This document shows, piece after piece, positions 42,834 through 51,954 of a DNA stretch of 64,000 nt. Every line of letters begins with the position of its first letter. Position 1 is the first letter of the stretch. A program made the position numbers and the translations under genes. The notes beneath the pieces were generated by a model. That model searched no databases and was not told the origin of the DNA. It was given only the letters and a program-made list of their open reading frames with translations. Origin of the DNA: an uncultured Actinomycetes bacterium (GTDB taxonomy: Bacteria; Actinomycetota; Thermoleophilia; Gaiellales; JAICJC01); NCBI GenBank assembly GCA_963708725.1, contig CAVPTL010000006.1:96226-160225 (forward strand). The letters run 5' to 3'.

Positions 42834-44507
42834 TCAGCCGCCGGGGACGGCTTGTCGGGCGGCTTCGTCTTTCATGTACTGGTGGACGAAGGCGATGGCC
42901 ATGCTTCCTTCGCCAACAGCGGCTGCGACGCGTTTCACCGGCCCGAGCCTGACGTCGCCGCAGGCAAACACACCGGGGACGCTGGTCTCGAGCAGGTAGG
43001 GGTCGCGGTCGACCTGGCCGCGGGCCTCCTCGGGCACGTCGCTGCCGGTGAGCACGAAACCGTGATGGTCGAGTGCGATCTCGGGCGGCAGCCATTCGGT
43101 TTGGGCGTCGGCGCCGATGAAGATGAACAGTCCGCCGGACTCGACCCGCGTGGTTTCTCCCGATTCGCCGTTCGAGACGTCGATCGCCTCCAACACCGTG
43201 TCGCCGTGTACCTCCACGACCTGGCTGCGGGTCTGCACGTGGATGTTGGAGCGCGCTGCGATCTGATCGACCAGGTAGCGCGACATGCTCCGGTCGATCC
43301 GCTCGCCGCGGCAGAGGATCGTGACCGTGCGGGCGTAGGTCGAGAAGAACAGGGCGGCCTGCCCCGCCGAGTTACCCGCCCCCACGATGTGGACGTCGAG
43401 GCCATGGACGCTCGAGGCTTCGCTTCGGGCGGCGCCGTACGAGATGCCCTTGCCGACCAGTCGTTCGAATCCCGCGATCGGCAGGTGGCGCCAGCTCACA
43501 CCGCAGGCCAGGATGATGGTGCGCGCCTTGAGCACGTCGCCGCCGTCGAGGTGAACCTGGCGCGCGGTGGCGTCGAGTCGCCCGATCGACCGGGTTACGA
43601 GGATCTCTGCGCCCAGTCGCCGCGCCTGCTGGAAGGCGCGGCTTGCCAACTCGTCACCGGAGACCCCCGATGGAAAGCCGAGGTAGTTCTCGATCCGCGA
43701 CGACGTCCCCGCCTGGCCACCGGGCGCTTCGCGCTCGATCACGATCGTGCTCAACCCCTCCGATGCTCCGTACACGGCGGCCGCGAGGCCCGCCGGCCCG
43801 GCGCCCACGATCACGGTGTCGTACTCGGCCAGCGAGGCCTCGGTGTCGAGGCCAAGCAGCTTGGCGACCCGGCTCAGCTGGGGCCGCACCACGGTCTTTC
43901 CGCCGACCACCCGGATCACGGGACAATCCTCGGCGGCCGGCAGGGCTTCGCCCCAAAGCTCATCGGCATCCGGGGAGTCGGGCGTGATCCATGTGAACGT
44001 GACCTGGTTTCGGTCGAGGAAGCGCCTCAGCTGCGAGCACGACTCTTCCCAGCGCTGTCCCACCACGATCGCGCGCGGTGGCGGCTGGTCGGCGGTGATG
44101 CCCTGCAAGCCGCCGATCCGCTCGCGCGCGAGCATCCCCAGTTTGACCCCGACCTCGGGCGTCGAGGACGCGATCGCGTGGTAGTGCTGGGCCGAGACGC
44201 GCATCACCCGCGCCGGCTCGGTCGCGCGAAATCCAAACGGGAACGTGGTTCCAAGGGCGATCGGCACTTCCCCGATCAGGTCGCCGGCACACCGTCCGCC
44301 CACGATCCGCTCGACGCCGTCGACGTGCGCGACGGTCTCGAGGCATCCTTCGAGCACGGCGTAGAGCGCGCGCTCGTCCCCCTCATGAATGACGTACTCG
44401 CCGGGATTTACGCGGATATCCGCGACCAGCGGCGCCAGCCGCTCACGCTCTTTGGGACTGAGAATCTCGAAGATCGAGACGCCGGCAATCTCGTCCGCGG
44501 TGACCAT
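42834..44507 (-). CDS. cNMP-binding-domain-containing thioredoxin-reductase-like flavoprotein (no redox CxxC)
   Basis: 557 aa from MVTADEIAGVSIFEIL. The cNMP domain has ..IHEGDERALYAVLEG..GDLIGEVPIA... The FAD motif is VIVGAGPAGLAAAVYGASEG and the NAD(P) motif is HIVGAGNSAGQAALF. The TrxB CATC position reads SYGAARSE. The longer ORF 42834..45824 was rejected. Confidence 0.85.
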   Translation of the reverse strand: MVTADEIAGVSIFEILSPKERERLAPLVADIRVNPGEYVIHEGDERALYAVLEGCLETVAHVDGVERIVGGRCAGDLIGEVPIALGTTFPFGFRATEPARVMRVSAQHYHAIASSTPEVGVKLGMLARERIGGLQGITADQPPPRAIVVGQRWEESCSQLRRFLDRNQVTFTWITPDSPDADELWGEALPAAEDCPVIRVVGGKTVVRPQLSRVAKLLGLDTEASLAEYDTVIVGAGPAGLAAAVYGASEGLSTIVIEREAPGGQAGTSSRIENYLGFPSGVSGDELASRAFQQARRLGAEILVTRSIGRLDATARQVHLDGGDVLKARTIILACGVSWRHLPIAGFERLVGKGISYGAARSEASSVHGLDVHIVGAGNSAGQAALFFSTYARTVTILCRGERIDRSMSRYLVDQIAARSNIHVQTRSQVVEVHGDTVLEAIDVSNGESGETTRVESGGLFIFIGADAQTEWLPPEIALDHHGFVLTGSDVPEEARGQVDRDPYLLETSVPGVFACGDVRLGPVKRVAAAVGEGSMAIAFVHQYMKDEAARQAVPGG

Positions 44508-44627
44508 GACGACAAGCCTATCGAGTGGCCGCCGGGCGAGGTGGGGGATCCGTTGGGACGATCCGCCATAATGCGTCGGTCTGCATGGCGCCCAGCGGCG
44601 CCTATCGCCACAAGAAAGGCTTGCCAC

Positions 44628-45632
44628 ATGTCTGTGAAACGACGCCTCCTGCCGGCGGCTGCGCTGGTCGCGCTTGCGCTCCCGGCCACCGCGGCAGTAG
44701 CGGCCGCGCCCACGGTGCAGACGATCGGGGTTGGAAGTAATCCGGCCGCGATCACAATTTCTGCCGCCCGGGCACAGGCCTACGTTGCCAACGACGGCAG
44801 CGTCTCTGTTGTGAACCTGCGAAACACCACCCAGACCGCCGAGGTCAGCACCGGCGTCAATCACGGGCAGACGGCGATCGCGTCGTTCCAAAACGGGTTC
44901 AAGGTCTACATCGGCGACTTCGCCCGAAACACCATGGTCGCGTTCAACCCCAAGACCCAGGCGATCACTCCCAACATCAAGGTCGGCCCCGGCGCGACCG
45001 ACATCGTCAACCCCAGCAACGGGTACGCATACGTGACGTCCTTCACGCAGCAGGGCGCAAAGGGCCGCATCCAGGTGGTCAAGGTCACCGGCAACACGCT
45101 CACCCGAAGCATCCCGCTGAACCAGGGCGCGGCGACCGCCACGGTGCTTCCCGGGACGCGTCACCTCTGGGCGGGCAGCGCGATCAGCGGCCGCGTATGG
45201 GTCGTGGACACGCGCACCGACACGGTCGTGAACCGCTTCATGGCGACCAGGTCCGGCCCGGTTGCCGGCATCGCCTTTAGCCCCGACAAGAAGCAGGCGT
45301 GGATCTCGGGCATCGGCGGGGTCACGGTGATGGATCGGGCCTCGGGCAAGATCCTCAAGTTCATCCCGATCACGAGCATCTTCTCGGGCAGCCTCGAGGC
45401 CGGCCCGATCGCGTTCAACCAGGCCGGCACGCGGGTGCTCGTCGTCAACTCCACCGATCCCGGCACTCCCGCGACAGGCACTGTTGCCGCGATCAACCCC
45501 CGCACCTGGAAGGTGACCGAGCGCATTCAGGTCGGCACCGAGCCGCTGGCAATGGCACTCGACTACAAGCGCGGTATGACCTACACCGCCAACTATCAGG
45601 ACGACACGCTGTCGTATTTCGCGACGCCGTAG
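44628..45632 (+). CDS. Secreted YVTN/YncE-like beta-propeller repeat protein
   Basis: Signal peptide MSVKRRLLPAAALVALALPATAAVAAAP. Repeated ~40-aa units follow (..VGSNPAAITIS..AYVANDGSVSVVN..). This is the 3' part of the 1163-aa ORF 42141..45632, whose upstream part is antisense to the TrxR-like gene. Confidence 0.75.
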   Translation: MSVKRRLLPAAALVALALPATAAVAAAPTVQTIGVGSNPAAITISAARAQAYVANDGSVSVVNLRNTTQTAEVSTGVNHGQTAIASFQNGFKVYIGDFARNTMVAFNPKTQAITPNIKVGPGATDIVNPSNGYAYVTSFTQQGAKGRIQVVKVTGNTLTRSIPLNQGAATATVLPGTRHLWAGSAISGRVWVVDTRTDTVVNRFMATRSGPVAGIAFSPDKKQAWISGIGGVTVMDRASGKILKFIPITSIFSGSLEAGPIAFNQAGTRVLVVNSTDPGTPATGTVAAINPRTWKVTERIQVGTEPLAMALDYKRGMTYTANYQDDTLSYFATP

Positions 45633-45746
45633 CGTCGTTTGAGGTGAGTGCGGGGATCGGCGTCGTCGCGGGCGGCGCCGGTTCCCGCGTTCCCGGTCGT
45701 GGGGAGCGGTCCAGAGTTGCCGAAAGAAGGCTGCTATGGTCGAGAA

Positions 45747-46151
45747 GTGCGTCTGCTCCTGGCGATCAGCTGTTGTCTGGCGGCTCTGTTGGCATGTGGT
45801 TGGTGGTGGACGCATCGCACCCACGACGGCCAGCTCGACGCGCAGGTGTCGCTGGGGCCGTCATGTCAGCACAAGAACCCGCCGCGAGCCTGCCGCCGGC
45901 TCCAGGGCCATCCGCTTCAGGTCGCGCTCTTCGGCGTCCACAACAACACCTTTTTCCGGGTCTATACGACTGACGGGTCGGGGCATCTTCATGTGCGTGT
46001 TCCCGAGGGCAAATACTGGATTGAGTTCGAGTACGGCAACACGGGGATGTTGACCAACCGCGCGCAGAAGCCGTTCACGGTCACCGGCCACGGCGTCGAC
46101 ATCGGCCCGGTCTGGCCGCGAGTATTCCGTCCCTACAACGGTTTGGGATAG
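45747..46151 (+). CDS. Putative small lipoprotein with a prealbumin/carboxypeptidase-regulatory-like beta domain
   Basis: The GTG start gives VRLLLAISCCLAALLACGWWW (lipobox LLAC). ..FRVYTTDGSGHLHVRVPEGKYWIEFEY.. follows. The start is uncertain. Confidence 0.4.
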   Translation: MRLLLAISCCLAALLACGWWWTHRTHDGQLDAQVSLGPSCQHKNPPRACRRLQGHPLQVALFGVHNNTFFRVYTTDGSGHLHVRVPEGKYWIEFEYGNTGMLTNRAQKPFTVTGHGVDIGPVWPRVFRPYNGLG

Positions 46152-46205
46152 CGACAGCCGTGGCGCGAATCCAAGCGGTCTTCCCGGCCGTACCTTGGAA
46201 CATCG

Positions 46206-46895
46206 ATGCGTGAACGCCCGTACACCCTGCTCAGCTGCAGCATGTCGATGGACGGCTACATCAGTAGCGCCAGCTCGCGGCTGCTGCTTTCGAACGACGC
46301 CGACTTCGATCGAGTGGACGCCGTTCGTGCCTCGTGCGATGCGATCCTGGTCGGTGCGACGACTGTGCGGGTGGATGATCCGAGGCTTCTGGTGCGGTCA
46401 CGGGAGCGTCGCGATGAGCGCACGGCACGCGGACTCGGGTCGTCGCCGATCAAGGTGACGGTCACCCGGCGCGGCGAGCTCAGCCCACAGGCGAACTTCT
46501 TCACCGCCGGCGACGTCGAGAAGCTGGTGTACTGCCCGAGCTCGGGGGTGCATGATGCCTGCGCGCGACTCGAGCCTGCGGCCGCGGTTGTGGACGGCGG
46601 CCGCGCGGTGGATATGAGCAGGGTCGGCAGCGACCTTGCGTCCCGCGGCGTGCAGCGGCTGATGGTTGAGGGCGGCGGCAACGTGCACACCCAGTTTTTG
46701 ACCGACAATCTCGTGGACGAGCTGCAGTTGGTTGTCGCTCCCGTGTTCGTCGGCGACTCCAAGGCTCCCAGGTTCGTACGTGACGGGTGCTTTCCCTGGA
46801 GCACCGGGCACCGCGCGACGCTGGCCGAGGTGACCCAGATCGGAGACGTCGTGCTGCTGCGCTACGCGCTGTCGTCGCGGTTTGAGACCGACTGA
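46206..46895 (+). CDS. RibD C-terminal-domain reductase family protein (diaminohydroxyphosphoribosylaminopyrimidine reductase-like)
   Basis: ..LLSCSMSMDGYIS.., ..VRASCDAILVGATTVRVDDPRLLVR.. and ..RLMVEGGGNVHTQFL..DELQLVVAPVFVG.. are RibD_C/DHFR-like motifs. Confidence 0.8.
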   Translation: MRERPYTLLSCSMSMDGYISSASSRLLLSNDADFDRVDAVRASCDAILVGATTVRVDDPRLLVRSRERRDERTARGLGSSPIKVTVTRRGELSPQANFFTAGDVEKLVYCPSSGVHDACARLEPAAAVVDGGRAVDMSRVGSDLASRGVQRLMVEGGGNVHTQFLTDNLVDELQLVVAPVFVGDSKAPRFVRDGCFPWSTGHRATLAEVTQIGDVVLLRYALSSRFETD

Positions 46896-46899
46896 CCGG

Positions 46900-49329
46900 T
46901 CATGGCGAGCCGCCGGCTCGTGCATCCGGGCTGAACGCCCCCAGGAAGCGGTCTCGGAATGCGCTCATCCGCCACACGGGCGCCGCGGGAGCCGGGCGCA
47001 TGCCGTCGCCCCAACCCCAGCTCGAGATCCGGCGCAGCACTTCTGGGTCGTGGGCGATGATCGACACCGGCACGTCGTGGTTGGTGCCGAATCCTGTGAC
47101 GCCGTGCGACGGCTGGTGGTCGCCAAGCACGATCAGCACCAGGTTCTTGTTGCCATAGTGGCGGACGAACGAGAAGAGTGCGCGCATCGAGTACTCGATC
47201 GAGTGGGCGTACCCCTGCTGCTGGTCGGCGAGTCCGCTCTGGTCGACCGGCAGCGTGTTGAAGATGGAGCCGTTGCCGACCTTGTTCCACGGGACCATCG
47301 GCGGTATCCGGGTCCATGGAAAGTGGCTGGACACGGTGTCGACCTCGGCGAACACCGGGCGCCGGTGGGGCTTTGCCAGCTCCAGGCGCTGAAGGGCGAG
47401 ATAGGTGTACTGGTCGGGCATGGAGGCATACGCGTATGTCGGGCCGTGATAGCCCACGTCGGTTCGGTTGTACACCCGGTCGTAGTGGTAGAAGGCCATC
47501 CCCTGCGGCCAGGGGCGGTTGTCGGGCGGCACGTCGTCGATGACCCTCCACCCGGCGCGGTTGAACGCCTGGCTGAGCGTGAACCGGTGGCTCGCCATGA
47601 GCTGGTCGTAGCGACTTGGAAAGTCGACCCAGACGCCCGCCTGCATCGTGGAGTGGGCCAGCCAGCTGATCCCGCCGAAGGTGGGCGAGGTGAGCCAGCC
47701 GCTTCGAGACCCGAAGCCGGCGGCGTTCAGTTGCTGGGTACCGCTGTCCAGGACGTCATCCACCCGCGGCGAGTAGGACGACCCCTCGACCGCCACCTGG
47801 CCGTAGCTCTCGACGAACACCAGCAGGACGTCCTTGCCGCGGAGAGCGGTCAGCAGCCGGTTGCCGGGCGTCGAGCGGTAGGGGTCGTGGCGGATCTGGG
47901 CGGCGAAGATCGCCCCGTCGTTGAGGTCGGTGTTCACCGTCCGCACCTCCTGCACCACGAGGGAGGCTGCGCTCATGGAGGCGATGGGCGTCCCGGAGAC
48001 GAACTGCGCGCCCAGCGCCCAGAACACCAGCCATGCGCCGCCGAGCGCGGTGACCACGCGCAGCGACCACAGGCGGTGGCCGGTGGAAACGCGCACCATG
48101 CGCCGCAGCGCCAGCGTCGGAAGCGCGAGCGCGACGATCACCAAAAGCGCCAGCCCGACCTCGACCAGATCGGCGCGCGTGCTTCCCACCGTCTCGCGCA
48201 GCGTCTCGGCCCCGATCGAGGCGTAGCCCCAGTCCTCCACGGGGTTGAACGGGCGGTCGAACGCCGTCAGGAAGCCGGCGTCGAGCAGCTTCACCACCAC
48301 CAGCAATCCCAGCAGAGGACCGGCGACGAACGGTACGAACCGCCGAAACCGGTCCGGCAGGGCGAGCGCCAGCGCGACGATCACCAGGGCCTCGATCGGG
48401 AGCCTCACGAACGCGTCGACATGCACACGTTGCGGCTGGATCGGAGCGAGCAGCGCGACCCACACGATCAGGAGCGCCACGATGGTGAGCGCGACCCCGG
48501 TGCCCGCCCGCAGTCGTTGGTGCGGGCTGCCGGCCGGCCGGACCGGGGGCAGATCGGGATCGGGGCTCCGCTGCTCGCCGGTCGACGCACTCTCGGCGGA
48601 CGCGTGTCGGTGGCGCCAGAGCCAGTACACGTCGCGGCCAAACGACTCGGCCAGCAGGGCCAGCACCGTCGCCAGCCCGAGGCGCTCGAGGGCCAGAGGC
48701 AGGACGCCCGCCGCGGCGATCACCAGCGCGATGCCCACCGCCGCGGTCACGACCTTCCGCCAGTCACGCCTGGGAAGCTGCCCGCGCATCCATGGGAACG
48801 GCCAGCCCGCCGCCAGGAATGCGTATCGAGCTGCGCCGATGGCGAGCACCCACCAGCCGACCGTGGGGGCGACGTACAGGCTGAGCGTCAGGATCAGAAA
48901 CGCGTCGACCTCGCCGTCAAGCGCAGCGCCAAACCGCGACTCGGTGTGGGTGTTCCGTGCGACCCGGCCGTCGACGAAGTCCAGGCACAGCGCGGTGGTC
49001 GCGAGCGCCACCAAAGCCGCCACCGACGTGTGACTGGCGAAGGAGTCCGCGGTCAGCGCCGCCACGTCGACCACCAGCGCCGCTCTGACCACGGTGACCC
49101 AGTCGGCCGGGCCCAGCCCTTCCCAGCCGTCGAGGGCGAGGCTGCGCGCGAGCAGCGTGTACAGGAGGACTCCACAGACCAGGCCAACCACCCATCCCGT
49201 ACTGCTCAGCCCGACCGTCGCAGCAAGCGCCGTGAGCATGAGCAGCTGGACGACCGGCATCACGGCCAGACCGACGTGAACCGTTCTCAGCGTCCTGTCA
49301 TACTCGGCCATGTGAAGGGTACCGGGCAC
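46900..49329 (-). CDS. Fusion protein: CDP-alcohol phosphatidyltransferase (N-terminal) + multi-TM linker + sulfatase/alkaline-phosphatase-superfamily domain (C-terminal)
   Basis: N-terminus: ..DFVDGRVARNTHTESRFGAALDGEVDAF.. is the DG(x2)AR(x8)G(x3)D(x3)D motif. C-terminus: ..VLLVFVESYG.., ..GGISWLAHSTMQ.., ..VDTVSSHFPW.. and ..VLIVLGDHQP.. are sulfatase-type motifs. 809 aa. Confidence 0.8.
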   Translation of the reverse strand: MPGTLHMAEYDRTLRTVHVGLAVMPVVQLLMLTALAATVGLSSTGWVVGLVCGVLLYTLLARSLALDGWEGLGPADWVTVVRAALVVDVAALTADSFASHTSVAALVALATTALCLDFVDGRVARNTHTESRFGAALDGEVDAFLILTLSLYVAPTVGWWVLAIGAARYAFLAAGWPFPWMRGQLPRRDWRKVVTAAVGIALVIAAAGVLPLALERLGLATVLALLAESFGRDVYWLWRHRHASAESASTGEQRSPDPDLPPVRPAGSPHQRLRAGTGVALTIVALLIVWVALLAPIQPQRVHVDAFVRLPIEALVIVALALALPDRFRRFVPFVAGPLLGLLVVVKLLDAGFLTAFDRPFNPVEDWGYASIGAETLRETVGSTRADLVEVGLALLVIVALALPTLALRRMVRVSTGHRLWSLRVVTALGGAWLVFWALGAQFVSGTPIASMSAASLVVQEVRTVNTDLNDGAIFAAQIRHDPYRSTPGNRLLTALRGKDVLLVFVESYGQVAVEGSSYSPRVDDVLDSGTQQLNAAGFGSRSGWLTSPTFGGISWLAHSTMQAGVWVDFPSRYDQLMASHRFTLSQAFNRAGWRVIDDVPPDNRPWPQGMAFYHYDRVYNRTDVGYHGPTYAYASMPDQYTYLALQRLELAKPHRRPVFAEVDTVSSHFPWTRIPPMVPWNKVGNGSIFNTLPVDQSGLADQQQGYAHSIEYSMRALFSFVRHYGNKNLVLIVLGDHQPSHGVTGFGTNHDVPVSIIAHDPEVLRRISSWGWGDGMRPAPAAPVWRMSAFRDRFLGAFSPDARAGGSP

Positions 49330-49337
49330 CTGGTGTT

Positions 49338-50166
49338 TTGGATTGTTCGCGCTGCACCTCGAGCCCGGGCGGTCCGCCCGCAGACGGTCGCGATTTGAGC
49401 AGGGACACGCCAGCGCCCGACGTCGAGCCCCTCCGGCGAGCGCAGGAGGCGGCGTACGCCCCGGGCGAGTACGTCGGCCAACAGAGCTTCATGCGCGCCA
49501 GCGAGATCCGGGCGCTGGCCGGGCGGGCCGGCATCGCCGAGGGCACCTCCGTGCTCGACCTGTGCTGCGGGATCGGTGGGCCGGGGCGGCTGATCACGCG
49601 GGAGCTGCGGTGTGTGTATCTGGGAATCGATCGCGACCCCGACGCGATCGCGATCGCCCGCACTCGGGCTGACGGCCTACCGTGCCGGTTCGAGGTCGGC
49701 GAAGTGCCGCCCCTGCCGCGAGGCCCATACGACGTGGTGCTGATGCTGGAGACCATGCTCGCTTTTGCGGATAAGGAGCTGCTGCTTGGTGAGATCTCCG
49801 GCGCGCTCGGCGCCGGAGGCCGGTTTGCCTTCACGATGGAGGCGGGGCGGCCGCTGAGCGCCGCGGAGCGGGAGCGGATGCCCAACTCCGGCACGGTATG
49901 GCTAACGCCGCTCGCGACCATGAGCCGGATGCTGGAGCGGGCCGGGTTGGTCGTGCGCGGGGTGGATGACTGCACCGAAGCCCACGGCGCGGCGGCGGCC
50001 TCCCTCCTGGATGCCTACGCGGCCGACGCGCCGGCGATCGCGTGCGCAGATCGGGCAACCAGCGCTGGATGATCTGCTGGCCGCACACCGGTTGTGGGTG
50101 CAGTGGCTGGACAGCGGGCGCGTGCGCAAGGTCTCGGTGGTCGCCGAGAAATCCGAAGCCGGGTAA
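49338..50166 (+). pseudogene. Class I SAM-dependent methyltransferase with probable +1 frameshift near its 3' end
   Basis: ..VLDLCCGIGGPGRLITREL..YLGIDRDPDAIAIA.. is SAM motif I. The annotated frame stops at 50072. A well-coded continuation AQIGQPALDDLLAAHRLWVQWLDSGRVRKVSVVAEKSEAG* runs in the frame of ORF 49966..50166. Confidence 0.6.
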
Positions 50167-50176
50167 GGGTTGGCGC

Positions 50177-51136
50177 TCACGCATCGGCGGCGCTTTCGGG
50201 CCGGTAGATGAGGCGCCCGCGCCTCGCCGCCCGCCACCCGGCGAGCCACCCCGCGACCAGCACGAGCCCTCCGGGGAGGCTGGCTGCGATCACCATCACG
50301 CCATAGACGACGGCGGTCGCGGCGCCACGACCCGCGCCCAGGCCGGCCGCGGCGAACACCCATGCGGTGGCGCCCTCGCGCGGTCCCCAGCCGCCGATGC
50401 TCGGCAGCACCATGCCCAGCATCGCCAGCAGCGCCAGCGGCAGGAGCCGCGAGACCGGTGCGGTGACGCCGGCCGTCCGCGCGGCGATCAGGAACATGAC
50501 CGCGTAGCCCAGTACGGCCACGGTCGATGCAAACGCGACCGCGATCAACGCGTTCCTGCGAACCAGACCGTCGCGGATGTCGGCCACCACCCGGCTCCGG
50601 GCTCGCGCCCAGCGCGAACGCCCTCGTCCCCCGTGCATGCGGTCAACGAGAATGACGCAGCCGGCCGTTGCGACCAGCGCAACCGCCACCAGCGGCATGT
50701 ATGAGCGCACCGGTGAGGGCAGCACCAGGAGGACGGAGATCGTCAGCACCACCTGGACGACCTGTCCGGCAGTTCGCTCCCAGGCAACGGCCCGCAGCCC
50801 GCGGCCGACGTCTTGCACGTCGCGACCGTGGCTGACGCCGCGATGGATGTCACCGGCGACGCCACTCGGGAGCGTGACGTTGAGGAACAGCGCCCGGTAG
50901 TAGGCCGCGACGGCGGCGGGGAGGGAGAGATCCACGCCCAGGCCGCGGGCAACGATCTTCCATCGCCACGCACAGCAGACGGTGCTGACGAGACAGACGG
51001 CCGCCGCGGCCAGGAGGGAACGACCGTCGAGCGCGCGCACGCCGTCGAGGAACGGGCCGCTGCCGAGACGCCAGATCACCACCACGAGCGCGGCGGCTGC
51101 GATCACCGGACGGGCCCACCGAAGGCTGCCCCTCAC
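50177..51136 (-). CDS. UPF0104 / lysylphosphatidylglycerol-synthase-TM-region-like (flippase-like) membrane protein
   Basis: 319 aa, polytopic. ..CCAWRWKIVARGLGVDLSLPAAVAAYYRALFLNVTLPSGVAGDIHRG.. is the family's core motif. Its start overlaps the upstream gene's stop (51133-36). Confidence 0.8.
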   Translation of the reverse strand: MRGSLRWARPVIAAAALVVVIWRLGSGPFLDGVRALDGRSLLAAAAVCLVSTVCCAWRWKIVARGLGVDLSLPAAVAAYYRALFLNVTLPSGVAGDIHRGVSHGRDVQDVGRGLRAVAWERTAGQVVQVVLTISVLLVLPSPVRSYMPLVAVALVATAGCVILVDRMHGGRGRSRWARARSRVVADIRDGLVRRNALIAVAFASTVAVLGYAVMFLIAARTAGVTAPVSRLLPLALLAMLGMVLPSIGGWGPREGATAWVFAAAGLGAGRGAATAVVYGVMVIAASLPGGLVLVAGWLAGWRAARRGRLIYRPESAADA

Positions 51137-51954
51137 GGCAACACCAGCAGGTCGGCGTGGTCGATCGTGACGGCCAGGCAGCCGGCCCTGGCCTCCCGCA
51201 GACGCCGGCTTTGGTAGCGGCCGGCGTCAGTGGTCAGCGCGGGCTCCTGCTCACACGCAGCGCCCACCCAGCCGGCGAGCCACTCGACGGCCAGGGCCGT
51301 ATCGGCGACTCCCAGGCGCCACGGGCTCGGCCTGACGATGACCTCGGCCCCGAGCCGGCGAAACGCGTCTGCGGCGGCCTCGGCGGCATCCGGGCCGAGC
51401 AGGCGCCCGCGCCGCGTCGTGCGGCGCTGGTGCGCATCGAACGCTGCCGCCAGGCGTGAGTCGAGCGGATCCTCCGCGAGCCACTGGACGCGGCCGGTGA
51501 CCGAGAGTGTGAGGAGCACCGGGCACCCAGCTCCCGCACACGTCTGCACCAGCCTGCCCAGCTCGTCGGCCGTCAGCAGGTCGAGCAGCGCCGAGGAGGT
51601 GATGAGCGCCGCGCCGGCCAGCTGGTCGCGGCCGAGTCGTGTGACGTCGGAGAGCCTCGTCTCGACGGTGACCGCCGACCCGTCGGCGGCGGGGCCGGGC
51701 CGGTCGGTCTCGGCGACCGTCAACAGGTCAGGGTCGCGGTCGTGGAGGACCCACCGCTGCGGCCCGGCCAGGAGCGGGGCGAGCCACCGGCCCATCCCGC
51801 CGCTGCCGCAGCCGAGGTCGTGGATGACCAGCCGGTCGCCGGCCGGCAGGCGGGGGAGAAGGTGCGAGACGAGCTGCCGGGATCGGGCGACAGCGTCTGC
51901 CCGCTCGCGCAGGTCGAGCCAGGCGGGGCTGACCGGGATCGTCTCGACGGTCAT
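51133..51954 (-). CDS. Class I SAM-dependent methyltransferase
   Basis: 273 aa from [13 protein letters not shown]. ..LVIHDLGCGSGGMGRWLAPLL..WVLHDRDPDLL.. is SAM motif I. The ATG overlaps the GT stop (ATGA at 51954-51951). The upstream part of ORF 51133..52416 was rejected. Confidence 0.75.
   Translation of the reverse strand: MTVETIPVSPAWLDLRERADAVARSRQLVSHLLPRLPAGDRLVIHDLGCGSGGMGRWLAPLLAGPQRWVLHDRDPDLLTVAETDRPGPAADGSAVTVETRLSDVTRLGRDQLAGAALITSSALLDLLTADELGRLVQTCAGAGCPVLLTLSVTGRVQWLAEDPLDSRLAAAFDAHQRRTTRRGRLLGPDAAEAAADAFRRLGAEVIVRPSPWRLGVADTALAVEWLAGWVGAACEQEPALTTDAGRYQSRRLREARAGCLAVTIDHADLLVLP

Noticed and set aside
42141-45632. 1163-aa plus-strand ORF, the longest in the window
   Set aside because: Only the last 334 codons (from ATG 44628, with a signal peptide and beta-propeller repeats) look like a protein. 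The upstream ~830 codons are low-complexity R/A/P/G-rich sequence, exactly antisense to well-supported minus-strand genes (aminotransferase IV, membrane protein, TrxR-like). This is a stop-poor antisense frame typical of high-GC DNA.
44508-45824. N-terminal 439 aa of the 996-aa minus-strand ORF 42834..45824
   Set aside because: It is antisense to the beta-propeller gene and has no recognisable domains. The real TrxR-like protein starts at ATG 44507 with its cNMP domain.
46882-49398. 838-aa plus-strand ORF
   Set aside because: It is an R/H/D/G/P-rich low-complexity translation, antisense to the CDP-alcohol phosphatidyltransferase-sulfatase gene, which has clear catalytic motifs.
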